From: Clostridia bacterium
GTDB lineage: Bacteria > Bacillota > Clostridia > JAAYHZ01
Reading direction: 5' to 3'
Length of the DNA stretch: 64,000 nt
NCBI GenBank assembly: GCA_050950825.1
Contig: JBMNIH010000004.1
Span: 480,001-544,000 of the forward strand
Of the stretch, positions 1-8,807 are shown in pieces. The notes beneath the pieces are model-generated. The model was not told where the DNA came from. It did no database searches and saw nothing but the letters and a program-made list of their open reading frames with translations. The translations under genes were made by a program, and so were the position numbers. Position 1 is the stretch's first letter, and each line of letters starts with the position of its first letter.

Positions 1-1
1 A

Positions 2-310
2 TTATCCATTCAATGCGTATGCAAAGCGGGTAGGGGAGTTCTTGCTCGTTTCGGACGCAACAACGGACAATTCGAATTGACGGTTGCCAAATGCACCGTC
101 AAAGAACCGGACAAATCCGAAATTGAAAAAAGACGTTTGGAGTGCGGCATTCCTTTCTGGCCTCATGCCTTTGTTACCGTTGACGGCGACATCGATGCAC
201 TGATCCAAAATTGGACCAACGAGTATGCCGTGTTAGGTTACGGTGAAGAAATCTACGATATACTGGCGGATTTCTGTATGATTACCGGTGTGAAAGCCAT
301 TATGCTCTAA
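2..310 (+). CDS. L-fucose/L-arabinose isomerase family protein, C-terminal part (5' truncated by window)
   Basis: Frame is open from base 2 (LSIQCVCKAGRGVLARFGRNNGQFELTV...WPHAFV...NWTNEYAVLGYG...LADFCMITGV*), resembling the FucI-type C-terminal domain; followed by a terminator. Confidence 0.6.
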   Translation, partial: LSIQCVCKAGRGVLARFGRNNGQFELTVAKCTVKEPDKSEIEKRRLECGIPFWPHAFVTVDGDIDALIQNWTNEYAVLGYGEEIYDILADFCMITGVKAIML

Positions 311-354
311 ACCGAAGGATACATTTCGATTCATTTTCCAAAGTAGAATACAAG

Positions 355-388
355 AAAAAGCCGTTTTCACAAAAAAGCGGCTTTTTTA
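355..388 (+). terminator. Intrinsic terminator
   Basis: aaaaagccgtttt-cacaa-aaaagcggctttttt inverted repeat with T-tail. Confidence 0.75.
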
Positions 389-518
389 ATTTTTTAATAT
401 AATTCTGATAAAAAATGATTTAATAAAGAAAAAAGTTCATAAAATTTTACTAAAAGGCGGGATAAATCCATGGTAAACTATTCAAGTGTGCTTAAAAACT
501 TAGGAACATTTTCAATCT

Positions 519-538
519 TTCGACATTCACCGGTCGAA
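519..538. promoter_or_regulatory. Putative Spo0A boxes upstream of abrB
   Basis: TTCGACA at 519-525 is the perfect 0A box TGTCGAA on the minus strand; GGTCGAA at 532-538 has one mismatch. Spo0A control of abrB is established in Bacillus and Clostridium. Confidence 0.5.
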
Positions 539-618
539 GGATGAATTTCATAAAAAACTATGTTTTTACGAGTAAATTGATAAATTATTAAATTTGTATT
601 AAATTAACAAAGAATAAC

Positions 619-646
619 TTGCATTTTTTTTATTTTCGAGTATAAT
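619..646 (+). promoter_or_regulatory. Sigma-A type promoter for abrB
   Basis: TTGCAT-16 nt-TATAAT. Confidence 0.55.
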
Positions 647-792
647 AATCATTAACTGTTAACTTTAGAAAGAGTCAGACGTTTTATACCATATAGGATA
701 ATTGCTGCATAGTATGACTTCTATTTGTGGATAGACGGATACTGATTCGATATATAAATAAAAAATAATTTTAGAAGGGATGGATTGTTATC

Positions 793-1041
793 ATGAAAGC
801 AACCGGGATTGTTAGAAAAGTTGATGAGCTGGGTAGAGTCGTATTACCCATGGAGTTAAGAAAGACCTTTGACATTAAGATCAAAGACGCTATGGAAATT
901 TATGTAGATGATGAGGCTATTATTCTTAAGAAGTATGAGCCTGCCTGCATTTTCTGTGGCAATGCGCAAAACATCGTTAATTACTCCGGAAAAAACATAT
1001 GCAAAGAATGTGTTGCTAAATTGGCCGATTCCATTAAGTAA
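793..1041 (+). CDS. abrB: AbrB-family transition-state regulator
   Basis: MKATGIVRKVDELGRVVLPMELRK...IILKKYEPACIFCG...ICKEC is the canonical AbrB N-domain plus Cys-containing C-domain. Confidence 0.93.
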   Translation: MKATGIVRKVDELGRVVLPMELRKTFDIKIKDAMEIYVDDEAIILKKYEPACIFCGNAQNIVNYSGKNICKECVAKLADSIK

Positions 1042-1108
1042 ACATAATAAGTCAAGAATACATAAAGATAAAAAGGATGTCCTCATCGGACATCCTTTTA
1101 AAATGCTT

Positions 1109-1603
1109 TTATAACTGTTCTTCCAAAAGCCGCTGGCTTAGAGGATCCAGCGCCTTGTAGTTTTGTATCTCGTAACGGTTGTCATTGATATCGTTGACAA
1201 CGATATATCCGTTACCGTACGACTTAATATTCACATTCGGATCTTTCACATCGAAGGAGGTTGTTCCTTTATCGGTAACCACGGTCCAAGTGAATATGTG
1301 ATATTCTTCCTTGATACTGAGTATCCTCTTGATTTTAGGAATAACATAGTATCTGTCCAAGGCGGCGGCTAACGTTTGCTTGGACTCTTTGTTCAAATCC
1401 TTCATGTCGTCCAGAATAAACACTTCTTCTCCTTCATTGTCAATGAAGTTGATGTGTCTTGTTTTCCCCGTCAGCGGAAACAGTCTCCGAGGCTTTATAT
1501 TTTCAATTACCTTTCCTCCGGCACATTCCACTGTTACCGCGCCGTTTTTAACAGGTACGATATTCTTTACTTCAGTCGCTCTAATGTAATTTCCTAATGG
1601 CAT
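1109..1603 (-). CDS. DUF1854 domain protein
   Basis: PRRLFPLT, RYYVIPKIKRI, WTVVTDKG, DINDNRYEI...LDPLS motifs; GGAGG RBS; directly downstream of an ABC exporter, the usual DUF1854 context. Confidence 0.8.
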   Translation of the reverse strand: MPLGNYIRATEVKNIVPVKNGAVTVECAGGKVIENIKPRRLFPLTGKTRHINFIDNEGEEVFILDDMKDLNKESKQTLAAALDRYYVIPKIKRILSIKEEYHIFTWTVVTDKGTTSFDVKDPNVNIKSYGNGYIVVNDINDNRYEIQNYKALDPLSQRLLEEQL

Positions 1604-1619
1604 TTACATCCACCTCCCT

Positions 1620-3893
1620 TTATTGGTACCTAATAATATCGGAACCGAGATCGGTTTGCATTTGTACCAAGTCGTAATAACGACCTTTCTTCGACATCAA
1701 TTCTTCCTGTGTTCCGAATTCGACGATTTCGCCGTTTTCCAACACCAGAATCTTGTGAGCTTTTCTCAGTGTGGACAAACGATGCGCAATGATCAATGTG
1801 GTTCTGTTCTTGATCAAGCGATCGATGGCTTCCTGAATCAATTTTTCCGTTTCCGTATCCACCGCCGAAGTGGCTTCATCCAAAATCAATATCCTCGGAT
1901 TCTTGATGACCGCTCGGGCAATCGATACTCTTTGTTTTTCACCGCCGGATAAACCGGTTCCTCGTTCTCCTAATACCGTATCGTAGGCATCCGGGAACTT
2001 GATGATGAATTTGTGAGCATTGGCCACCTTCGCCGCATCAATGACCTCTTCGATGGTAGCGTCCGGTTTGCTGTATATAATGTTATTGGCGATGGTATCA
2101 CGGAAAAGCAAAGGCTCTTGCAGCACATAGCCAATGTTTTTTCTTAAAAAGTCGATATCGATGTCGGCGATATCGTGACCGTCGATTTTGATTCTGCCTT
2201 CCGTAGGCTCGTAAAATCTCAATATGAGATTAACCAATGTGGATTTACCGGAACCGGTAGATCCTACGATACCGATGGTTTCGCCCGGTTGAACCGTCAA
2301 CGAAATATTCTTAAGGATATTTTTCCCTTTTTCATAGGAAAAATTAACATTTTCAAATTCGATTTTTCCTTGCAGGTTTTCTATGTAATTACCTTTTCCT
2401 AAGTTCGGCTCCGGATCGGCATCTAAGATTTCGAATACCCGCTCGGCAGACGTGGAGGCTTGCTGCAGCTGGTCGTTGAAGTTCGCAAAGAACTGAACCG
2501 GTCCGTAGAACCTGCCTGCGTAGTTGATAAACGCAATCAAGCTACCGACGGATAAACGATCCGGCCGGGTGATAACCCAATAACCTCCCAGACCCCAAAT
2601 GAGTATGCTTCCGAGAACGACTAAAAACGTAATCAAAGGAGAGTAGATACTGGACTTAACCGCAGCGGTTAAATGCTCGTTTAATAGGTCTTCTCCTTGC
2701 TTCGTATATTTTTCGATAACTCGGTCCTCTCCGTTAAAGGCTTTGATAACGCGTATACCGGGTATGGAGTCTCCCAAGATGGCGTTCATTCGAGACATAC
2801 GCCGCCAAATCCTTCTGTACCGAGGTCTCATATGCTCCGCATAAATTTGGGAACCGAATATGACAATGGGAACCGGAATGATGGACAGCAGCGCCAACTG
2901 CCAATCCATATAAAACATGAATACCATGATCCCTATCAAGGTCAGCAACTGAATGATGACGCTTTGGGTCAAGGTGATCATAAAGGATTGCAAACGTTGC
3001 GTATCGTTACTGACACGAGACATAATGGAGCCCGTGCTCCTCTTGTCATAGTATTTCAAGGTCAGCTTCTGTACGCTTTCGAATGCCTTGGTTCTTAAGT
3101 TAAATATGATGGAGTTGGACAGCTTGCTCAGATAATATCCGCGAAAGCCGGAAAATATTCCGTCAAAAAGATAAATAAGAACGAGAGCCATAACGATTTT
3201 CCACAAATCATCCAAGCTCCTTGTGGCAATAACATCGTCAATCAATGTTTTTGTCAGCATGGGTGGAATCAAGGGAAGCGCCGTGACTATTATTGACAGG
3301 AATAATACGACAAAAGTCAGCTTTCTGTACGGCTTCACGTATTGCAGCAATCTTCTTACGACTTTTCGCTTGTCGATACACTTGGTACAGATGGCGTTTT
3401 TGCTTTCCAGTATTCGGCCGCATTTAGGGCATCGATACTTCTTTTCGATTTCATTATCGGTTTCAAAGCTTGCCAGTTCTTCCAATCGTCCTTGCTGCTC
3501 GTAAATGAGCTTAATAAAGTCATAAAAAAAGTCTTCCCTGGCGTTCGTAAAACGATTGACATCGATGGTTTCGTCGTTGTCCAGAACGACCTGGAAAATA
3601 CTATTTCCGTACATTTTTTCTATTGTCGCGTTTCTTATTTCGTTGAGATTGACCTTATAGACGGATCCATGGTGTTTTGGATCGAATGAAATCAGTCTTT
3701 TATTGGTAAGAACCAGACCCGCTTCCTCGAATAAACCGTCTAAAGTCATATCCGACATCACTTCGTTTAATATTTCTTCATCCGGTTCCAGTATTCCCGA
3801 TAAGCGAGATTTTAAATGGCTTGTAAATTCTTTCACGCTTAGATTTACATGTTGTGCTTCTGCATCATTTTCTCTCTTCATAATCCTCAACAT
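1620..3893 (-). CDS. ABC exporter (fused TMD-NBD) with N-terminal extension and CxxC..CxxC zinc ribbon
   Basis: Walker A GSTGSGKST, signature LSGGEKQR, Walker B ILILDEATS, H-loop AHRLST; hydrophobic TM segments; CPKC..CTKC before the TMD. Confidence 0.92.
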   Translation of the reverse strand: MLRIMKRENDAEAQHVNLSVKEFTSHLKSRLSGILEPDEEILNEVMSDMTLDGLFEEAGLVLTNKRLISFDPKHHGSVYKVNLNEIRNATIEKMYGNSIFQVVLDNDETIDVNRFTNAREDFFYDFIKLIYEQQGRLEELASFETDNEIEKKYRCPKCGRILESKNAICTKCIDKRKVVRRLLQYVKPYRKLTFVVLFLSIIVTALPLIPPMLTKTLIDDVIATRSLDDLWKIVMALVLIYLFDGIFSGFRGYYLSKLSNSIIFNLRTKAFESVQKLTLKYYDKRSTGSIMSRVSNDTQRLQSFMITLTQSVIIQLLTLIGIMVFMFYMDWQLALLSIIPVPIVIFGSQIYAEHMRPRYRRIWRRMSRMNAILGDSIPGIRVIKAFNGEDRVIEKYTKQGEDLLNEHLTAAVKSSIYSPLITFLVVLGSILIWGLGGYWVITRPDRLSVGSLIAFINYAGRFYGPVQFFANFNDQLQQASTSAERVFEILDADPEPNLGKGNYIENLQGKIEFENVNFSYEKGKNILKNISLTVQPGETIGIVGSTGSGKSTLVNLILRFYEPTEGRIKIDGHDIADIDIDFLRKNIGYVLQEPLLFRDTIANNIIYSKPDATIEEVIDAAKVANAHKFIIKFPDAYDTVLGERGTGLSGGEKQRVSIARAVIKNPRILILDEATSAVDTETEKLIQEAIDRLIKNRTTLIIAHRLSTLRKAHKILVLENGEIVEFGTQEELMSKKGRYYDLVQMQTDLGSDIIRYQ

Positions 3894-4040
3894 GCGAAGC
3901 TTCGCATGCTGATAAACCTCACATCCTTTCTCGGCAATTCGCTAAGGAAATTGCTTTTGGTAGCGGTATATAGTCGGGATGAAATTCCCGAATCCCCCTA
4001 ACAATGAAAACTTACCTCCATTTGAACATACTTCACTCGT

Positions 4041-4069
4041 ATTATATGGGTGATAAAATAATTAGTCAA
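4041..4069 (-). promoter_or_regulatory. Sigma-A promoter for the ABC/DUF1854 operon
   Basis: Minus strand TTGACT-17 nt-TATAAT. Confidence 0.65.
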
Positions 4070-4396
4070 TTTTGGGATACCGATTATACCCATATTTTCG
4101 ATAATAATCGTTTAAAAATGAAAGATTATCTCATGATTCTTTCAAATAAGTCCATATATCTTAAACTATCTCCGATATTCTGAAAACCGGTACTCGTAAC
4201 GTATTTTGGTAAGGAAAAAAGGTGCGAAAATCCTGATAATCACTGTGTTTTGACGCTTCGTTAATTATACGTTAAGTTTTTTAATCCTTGGTTAAATCGG
4301 TTCGTTTTAATATCCGTGTATCGGTTCGGTATCTTTACTATGGGATATGATATAATATGGATAATTGCAGTATTTAAAAGAAAGGTAAGACCGCCT

Positions 4397-5818
4397 ATGT
4401 TATCAAAGGATTCAAAAAAGATGGAAAATGATTCGCCTGTCATACAGGATGTTTACAAAGAAATCGATAAGTATCAAGAGCGGATGGTCGCCGATATCTC
4501 TCGCCTGGTTCGGTGCAAAAGCGTTGCGGAGACGCCGAAGCCCGGAATGCCTTTCGGAGAAGGCCCGTACAAAGCCCTGCAAATGGCCTTGGAGATAAGC
4601 CGTGAGCTGGGGTTAAAAACCGTTGACTTGGACGGTTATGTAGGTTATGCGGAATACGGAGAAGGAGAGGAGTACGTGGCCGTTCCCGTCCATTTGGACG
4701 TGGTACCGGAAGGAACGGGATGGTCCGTAGACCCCTACGAAGGTGTGATCAAGGACGGAAAGCTGTACGGTAGAGGCTCTTCCGATAATAAGGGGCCGTC
4801 CGTTGCCGCCATTTACGCTTTAAAGGTTTTGAAGGATTTAAATGTTCAAACAAAAAGAAGGGTGAGAGTCATTTTCGGTACCAACGAAGAATCCGGTATG
4901 GCTTGCTTGGATTATTACTTCCAAAAAGAACCTCTTCCGTTGTACGGATTCTCGCCGGATGCGGAATACCCTGCCTATAACAGGGAAAAGGGGATTATGA
5001 GCGTATTTTTAAAGAAGAAGACCGAGGAGCTTACGCGATTTACTCCTATTGTTTCCATCACCGCCGGCAGTGCGATTAACGTTGTACCGGAATCTTGTAC
5101 GGTAACGCTGAAAGAAACTTGGAACGATTCCTTGGAAATCTTAAAAGACATATCCGAAGGAAAACCGGGAAATGTGTATTTTATAAACGAAAAACCGGGA
5201 AAAGTGATTGCGGCGAGAGGTACGCCTGCACACGGCAGCAGACCGGAGGAAGGGTTAAATGCGGTGGCCGTTATGCTTCAATATCTTTTCGAGAAGCTTC
5301 CCTCTCTAAATGAGTGCGAATTTTTACAATATATTAAAGAAAATATCGGGTTTGAAACCGACGGAACGTCGTTAGGAATTGCCATGGAGGACGGCTTGTC
5401 CGGTAAACTGACCAATAACTTGGGCTTGTTTCGTATGACGGAAAAGGAAGCTTCGGCGGGCTTGAATATTCGTTATCCGGTAACCTGTAAAGGCGAGGAT
5501 GTACTGAAAGGTTTGAAGGCTTCCGCGAGAGTAAAGAATATTGACGTTGTGATGGAAAGCGATTCGCCGCCTCTTTATGTTCCGGAGGATCATCCCTTGA
5601 TTCAAAAACTTATGACGGCATACGAAACAGTAACGGGTGAAAAAGGCGAGCTGCGATCCATGGGCGGCGGTACCTATGCAAGAAAGCTTCAAAACAGAGG
5701 AATCGCTTTCGGAGGAACCGGGCATAACGTACACCAAGCGGACGAGCACATTGTCATTGAGGAGCTCATGAGGCATGCCCGTATTTGTACCCAAGCCATT
5801 TATGAACTGGTAATTTAG
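4397..5818 (+). CDS. pepV: M20 family dipeptidase (PepV/Sapep type)
   Basis: HLDVVP, GRGSSDNKGP, GTNEESG, SPDAEYP, GGGTYAR, HQADE motifs; start at 4397 or 4421 based on RBS. Confidence 0.85.
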   Translation: MLSKDSKKMENDSPVIQDVYKEIDKYQERMVADISRLVRCKSVAETPKPGMPFGEGPYKALQMALEISRELGLKTVDLDGYVGYAEYGEGEEYVAVPVHLDVVPEGTGWSVDPYEGVIKDGKLYGRGSSDNKGPSVAAIYALKVLKDLNVQTKRRVRVIFGTNEESGMACLDYYFQKEPLPLYGFSPDAEYPAYNREKGIMSVFLKKKTEELTRFTPIVSITAGSAINVVPESCTVTLKETWNDSLEILKDISEGKPGNVYFINEKPGKVIAARGTPAHGSRPEEGLNAVAVMLQYLFEKLPSLNECEFLQYIKENIGFETDGTSLGIAMEDGLSGKLTNNLGLFRMTEKEASAGLNIRYPVTCKGEDVLKGLKASARVKNIDVVMESDSPPLYVPEDHPLIQKLMTAYETVTGEKGELRSMGGGTYARKLQNRGIAFGGTGHNVHQADEHIVIEELMRHARICTQAIYELVI

Positions 5819-5831
5819 AAGGTGAAATGAT

Positions 5832-5870
5832 AAAAAGAAAAGTACGACCGACGGATCGTACTTTTCTTTT
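5832..5870. terminator. Bidirectional terminator between pepV and tRNA-Val
   Basis: aaaagaaaagtacga...tcgtacttttctttt inverted repeat. Confidence 0.75.
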
Positions 5871-5946
5871 GGTGGGGGATATCGGACTCGAACCGATGAC
5901 CTCTTGCGTGTCGAGCAAGCGCTCTAACCGGCTGGGCTAACCCCCC
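5870..5946 (-). tRNA. tRNA-Val (GAC)
   Basis: Reverse complement GGGGGGTTAGCCCAGCCGGTTAGAGCGCTTGCTCGACACGCAAGAGGTCATCGGTTCGAGTCCGATATCCCCCACCA folds as a cloverleaf; anticodon GAC, encoded CCA. Confidence 0.96.
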
Positions 5947-6034
5947 GCGCTCCTTTTGTATTTTAAACTGTAAGCTTTTAAAAGTCAACAGCTTTTTTCA
6001 ATCGAGACATATTTCCGAGGACGGAGGATAGCAA

Positions 6035-8227
6035 ATGCAAAGCGAAGTAAAGGAACGCTTAATATATGAATTAAGCAACGGAATCTGTCGATTCCCGGCG
6101 GCAGTGGATTTAAATATAACATTTATCGACAGTCATCAAGAGAAAAAGACCGGAAAGGTTTTGGACGTTATTACGGGGACGAAGGGTACATGGACCTTTC
6201 ACGTGGAGAATTTCCACGGGGACTTCGGACCGGAGACGCGGTTTATTCCTCTTGCAACCAATTACCATTTTGCCCACAAATGCCAAACGCAAAAGCCGAA
6301 AGGCCGAGATTATACGACGATACAAGCATGTACCGACGCTAAGCTTCAGATCGGTCCGGGATCTCGATACGGATTTACCTGTCCGTTTTACATTGAAGTG
6401 GAGGAAGGGGTTTTCAAAAAGGGCGACAGCTTCACGGTAACGGTCGGAGACCGAAGCTGCGGCTCGAAAGGATCGGAAACCTATTGGACCGTAACCGAGG
6501 GAACCGTGTATTTGTTTATTGAAAAGGAAGACCGCATCGAAACAAGCGATTATCCGCCGGTGAAAATATTCGGGAAACCTCATCCGGAGGTTCGTTACAT
6601 TCGAACGATTTTACCGACGGTAGCCGCTCCGAAGGAGGAATTTGACGTTACCGTCGGGGTGTATGATCGCAATTCCAATATCATCGAGGATTTCAGCGGT
6701 ACCGTTATTTTGGAAGGAACGGACGGCTTTCAAGGATTAAAGGATCGACTGTTTTTTACAAAAGCCGATAGAGGTACCGTCAAGATCAAGGGTATATCTT
6801 GCCGGGAGGAAGGGGTAAAAAGGATAACGGCAAGGCTTGAGGAAGGCCGGCAAGGTTATTTATCCAATCCGTTAAAGGTTATGAAAAATCCGCCTTATCG
6901 TATCTATTGGGGGGATTTGCACGCCCACGGCCGGGGCGATCGATCCATGTACATAATGTCTGCAAATACGGAAAAAATGAATCCTCGGAATCGCCATTAT
7001 CAAGCCCATGAGCAATGCGCCTTGGATTTTTGCGCCGTAGGTCCCATGTCTTTGCCGCGTATCAACGCTCAAGAAATATGGGACGAATATAAAGCCGCTT
7101 GCCGCGATTATGATAAGGAAAACCGTTATGTCCCTTTTTTATGTTATGAATCTCATCCGGAGCAAAGGGAAGGTGATCGGCAGATAATATTCAAAAGCTT
7201 GGACGAGCCGTTGCCTCCGCCATATGAAACGCCCTTGAAGGAAGTGGAGGGGTTATACGGAAAAAGGGATGACGTCATCATGGAAGTCCATATCGGAGGC
7301 AGTACCCCGAAATGGGACACTTATGACTGCTCAATGGATCGAATGGTGGAGGTGATCAGCGGTTTCGGAAACGCCGAATGGCTGATGCAAAAAGCGTTGG
7401 GCTTAGGAAAGAAGTTTTCCGTATGCGGCTGCACCGACTTGCACGCAGGATTGTTAGGAGGCCCTCGAGCCGTAGAGCCGGGTCGGGGAAGAAACGGTAA
7501 AATCCTTTACCAAAGAGACAGCGCCTACGGAAGCGGACCCTTAACGGCATCCCTATCATCGATATTATCGCGAGAACAAATATGGGCATCTTTCTTGGAA
7601 GGCAGAACCTATGCCGTAAGCGGAGCTCGCATTTATGTGGATTTTGCATGGAACGGGCGAAGGTTCGGCGAGACCGTTCCCGTAGAAAACGAAAACCGAT
7701 TCCGTTTATGCTGTCACGGTGCGGATATATTGGAAAGAATCGATATCATTTGCGGAGCTCGGGTTGTCCGCTCCTACAGACCGGAAAAGCTTGATTTTGA
7801 GACGGAAGACGTCATTTCCTCAAGTTCACTTTTCGGGGAGTGGATATATGTCCGGGTTCGACAAAAAGACGAGCACTACGCCATTACCACGCCTATACGG
7901 TTTGAGACCGGAATGGAAAAATGGAACGAAGGGGTTTGCCGTTTTGATCCCGATACAAAAGAGCAAGCGGCGAAATATTTACCCGACCTTATGGAATACT
8001 TGGAACACAACGAGGACATCAATAAATGGAAAGATATCAAGCCGTTGGCGACGGTAAAGCAGGAGAATTCCGTATGCGCACTGTTTACAGGAAAATATGA
8101 AAACACTCCGGTAACATTACGATGGTTTTACGAGTTTGAGATGCCTAAGTTTCGAATGGATTACGGCTTTTCGGACAACGGTGTCCGGGATGACGAATGT
8201 ATGAGAAGGTACGACATCGGCAAATAG
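6035..8227 (+). CDS. DUF3604-like PHP-fold metallohydrolase protein
   Basis: SNP...YWGDLHAH, EVISGFG, G-CTDLH, RTYAVSGARI, YVRVRQKD motifs typical of DUF3604/PHP-like proteins; GGAGG RBS. Confidence 0.7.
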   Translation: MQSEVKERLIYELSNGICRFPAAVDLNITFIDSHQEKKTGKVLDVITGTKGTWTFHVENFHGDFGPETRFIPLATNYHFAHKCQTQKPKGRDYTTIQACTDAKLQIGPGSRYGFTCPFYIEVEEGVFKKGDSFTVTVGDRSCGSKGSETYWTVTEGTVYLFIEKEDRIETSDYPPVKIFGKPHPEVRYIRTILPTVAAPKEEFDVTVGVYDRNSNIIEDFSGTVILEGTDGFQGLKDRLFFTKADRGTVKIKGISCREEGVKRITARLEEGRQGYLSNPLKVMKNPPYRIYWGDLHAHGRGDRSMYIMSANTEKMNPRNRHYQAHEQCALDFCAVGPMSLPRINAQEIWDEYKAACRDYDKENRYVPFLCYESHPEQREGDRQIIFKSLDEPLPPPYETPLKEVEGLYGKRDDVIMEVHIGGSTPKWDTYDCSMDRMVEVISGFGNAEWLMQKALGLGKKFSVCGCTDLHAGLLGGPRAVEPGRGRNGKILYQRDSAYGSGPLTASLSSILSREQIWASFLEGRTYAVSGARIYVDFAWNGRRFGETVPVENENRFRLCCHGADILERIDIICGARVVRSYRPEKLDFETEDVISSSSLFGEWIYVRVRQKDEHYAITTPIRFETGMEKWNEGVCRFDPDTKEQAAKYLPDLMEYLEHNEDINKWKDIKPLATVKQENSVCALFTGKYENTPVTLRWFYEFEMPKFRMDYGFSDNGVRDDECMRRYDIGK

Positions 8228-8283
8228 TACCAAAACAGACGGTAAAAAGGATGATAAAATAATCAAATAGGACAATTTTTACG

Positions 8284-8312
8284 TTGACAAAAGGAGGTAG
8301 TTTCATTATACT
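8284..8312 (+). promoter_or_regulatory. Sigma-A promoter for the metK leader
   Basis: TTGACA-17 nt-TATACT. Confidence 0.75.
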
Positions 8313-8380
8313 GTCCTATGGTCAGTAATTCGTCGAACATGTTGTTCGGCGGATTACTGTTAACATAGATCCATATCGAT

Positions 8381-8486
8381 ACTTATCAAGAGAGGTGGAG
8401 GGACATGGCCCTGTGAAGCCCGGCAACCGATATGCCATAAGCATATCAAGGTGCTAATTCCTGCAGGTTTATCCTGAAAGATGAGT
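8381..8486 (+). ncRNA. SAM-I (S-box) riboswitch
   Basis: CTTATCAAGAG-GGTGGAGGGAC-GGCCC-GTGAAGCCCGGCAACC...GGTGCTAATTCCTGCAG...CTGAAAGATGAG matches the S-box consensus; terminator at about 8499-8523; upstream of metK. Confidence 0.95.
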
Positions 8487-8807
8487 AGTCATTATAATCT
8501 CTTCCTTCAGGGAAGGGTTTTTTGTTTCTAGAGGGTTTTTTTCAAAGAACCCCTGCAAAACAAAAGCAAGTGCAGTTGAAATAACGGTTATAATATCTTC
8601 GCAGGAATCGAAGTTTTCTAAAAAAGTTAGTTTCACCTGATCTTGAATAAAGGGATATGGAAGGACGAATTCTACGCTGATTTTCGCCCGTACGCGGCTG
8701 CGTGTATTCTTTATGAAAAGCGTAAACAAAAGAACACGGTGACGTCGCACGCCGTTTTGTTATTACAATATGTGCCGCAAGCGACAGCGGCGGAATGGAG
8801 ATTTTTT

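Noticed and set aside
5870-5946. tRNA-Val or tRNA-Trp as integration sites of a genomic island
   Set aside because: No integrase and no duplicated tRNA 3' end noticed in the window.
8643-8807. 55-aa N-terminal extension of MetK in the ORF track
   Set aside because: Homology starts at [11 protein letters not shown] (ATG 8808 with GGAG RBS); the upstream TTG has no RBS.
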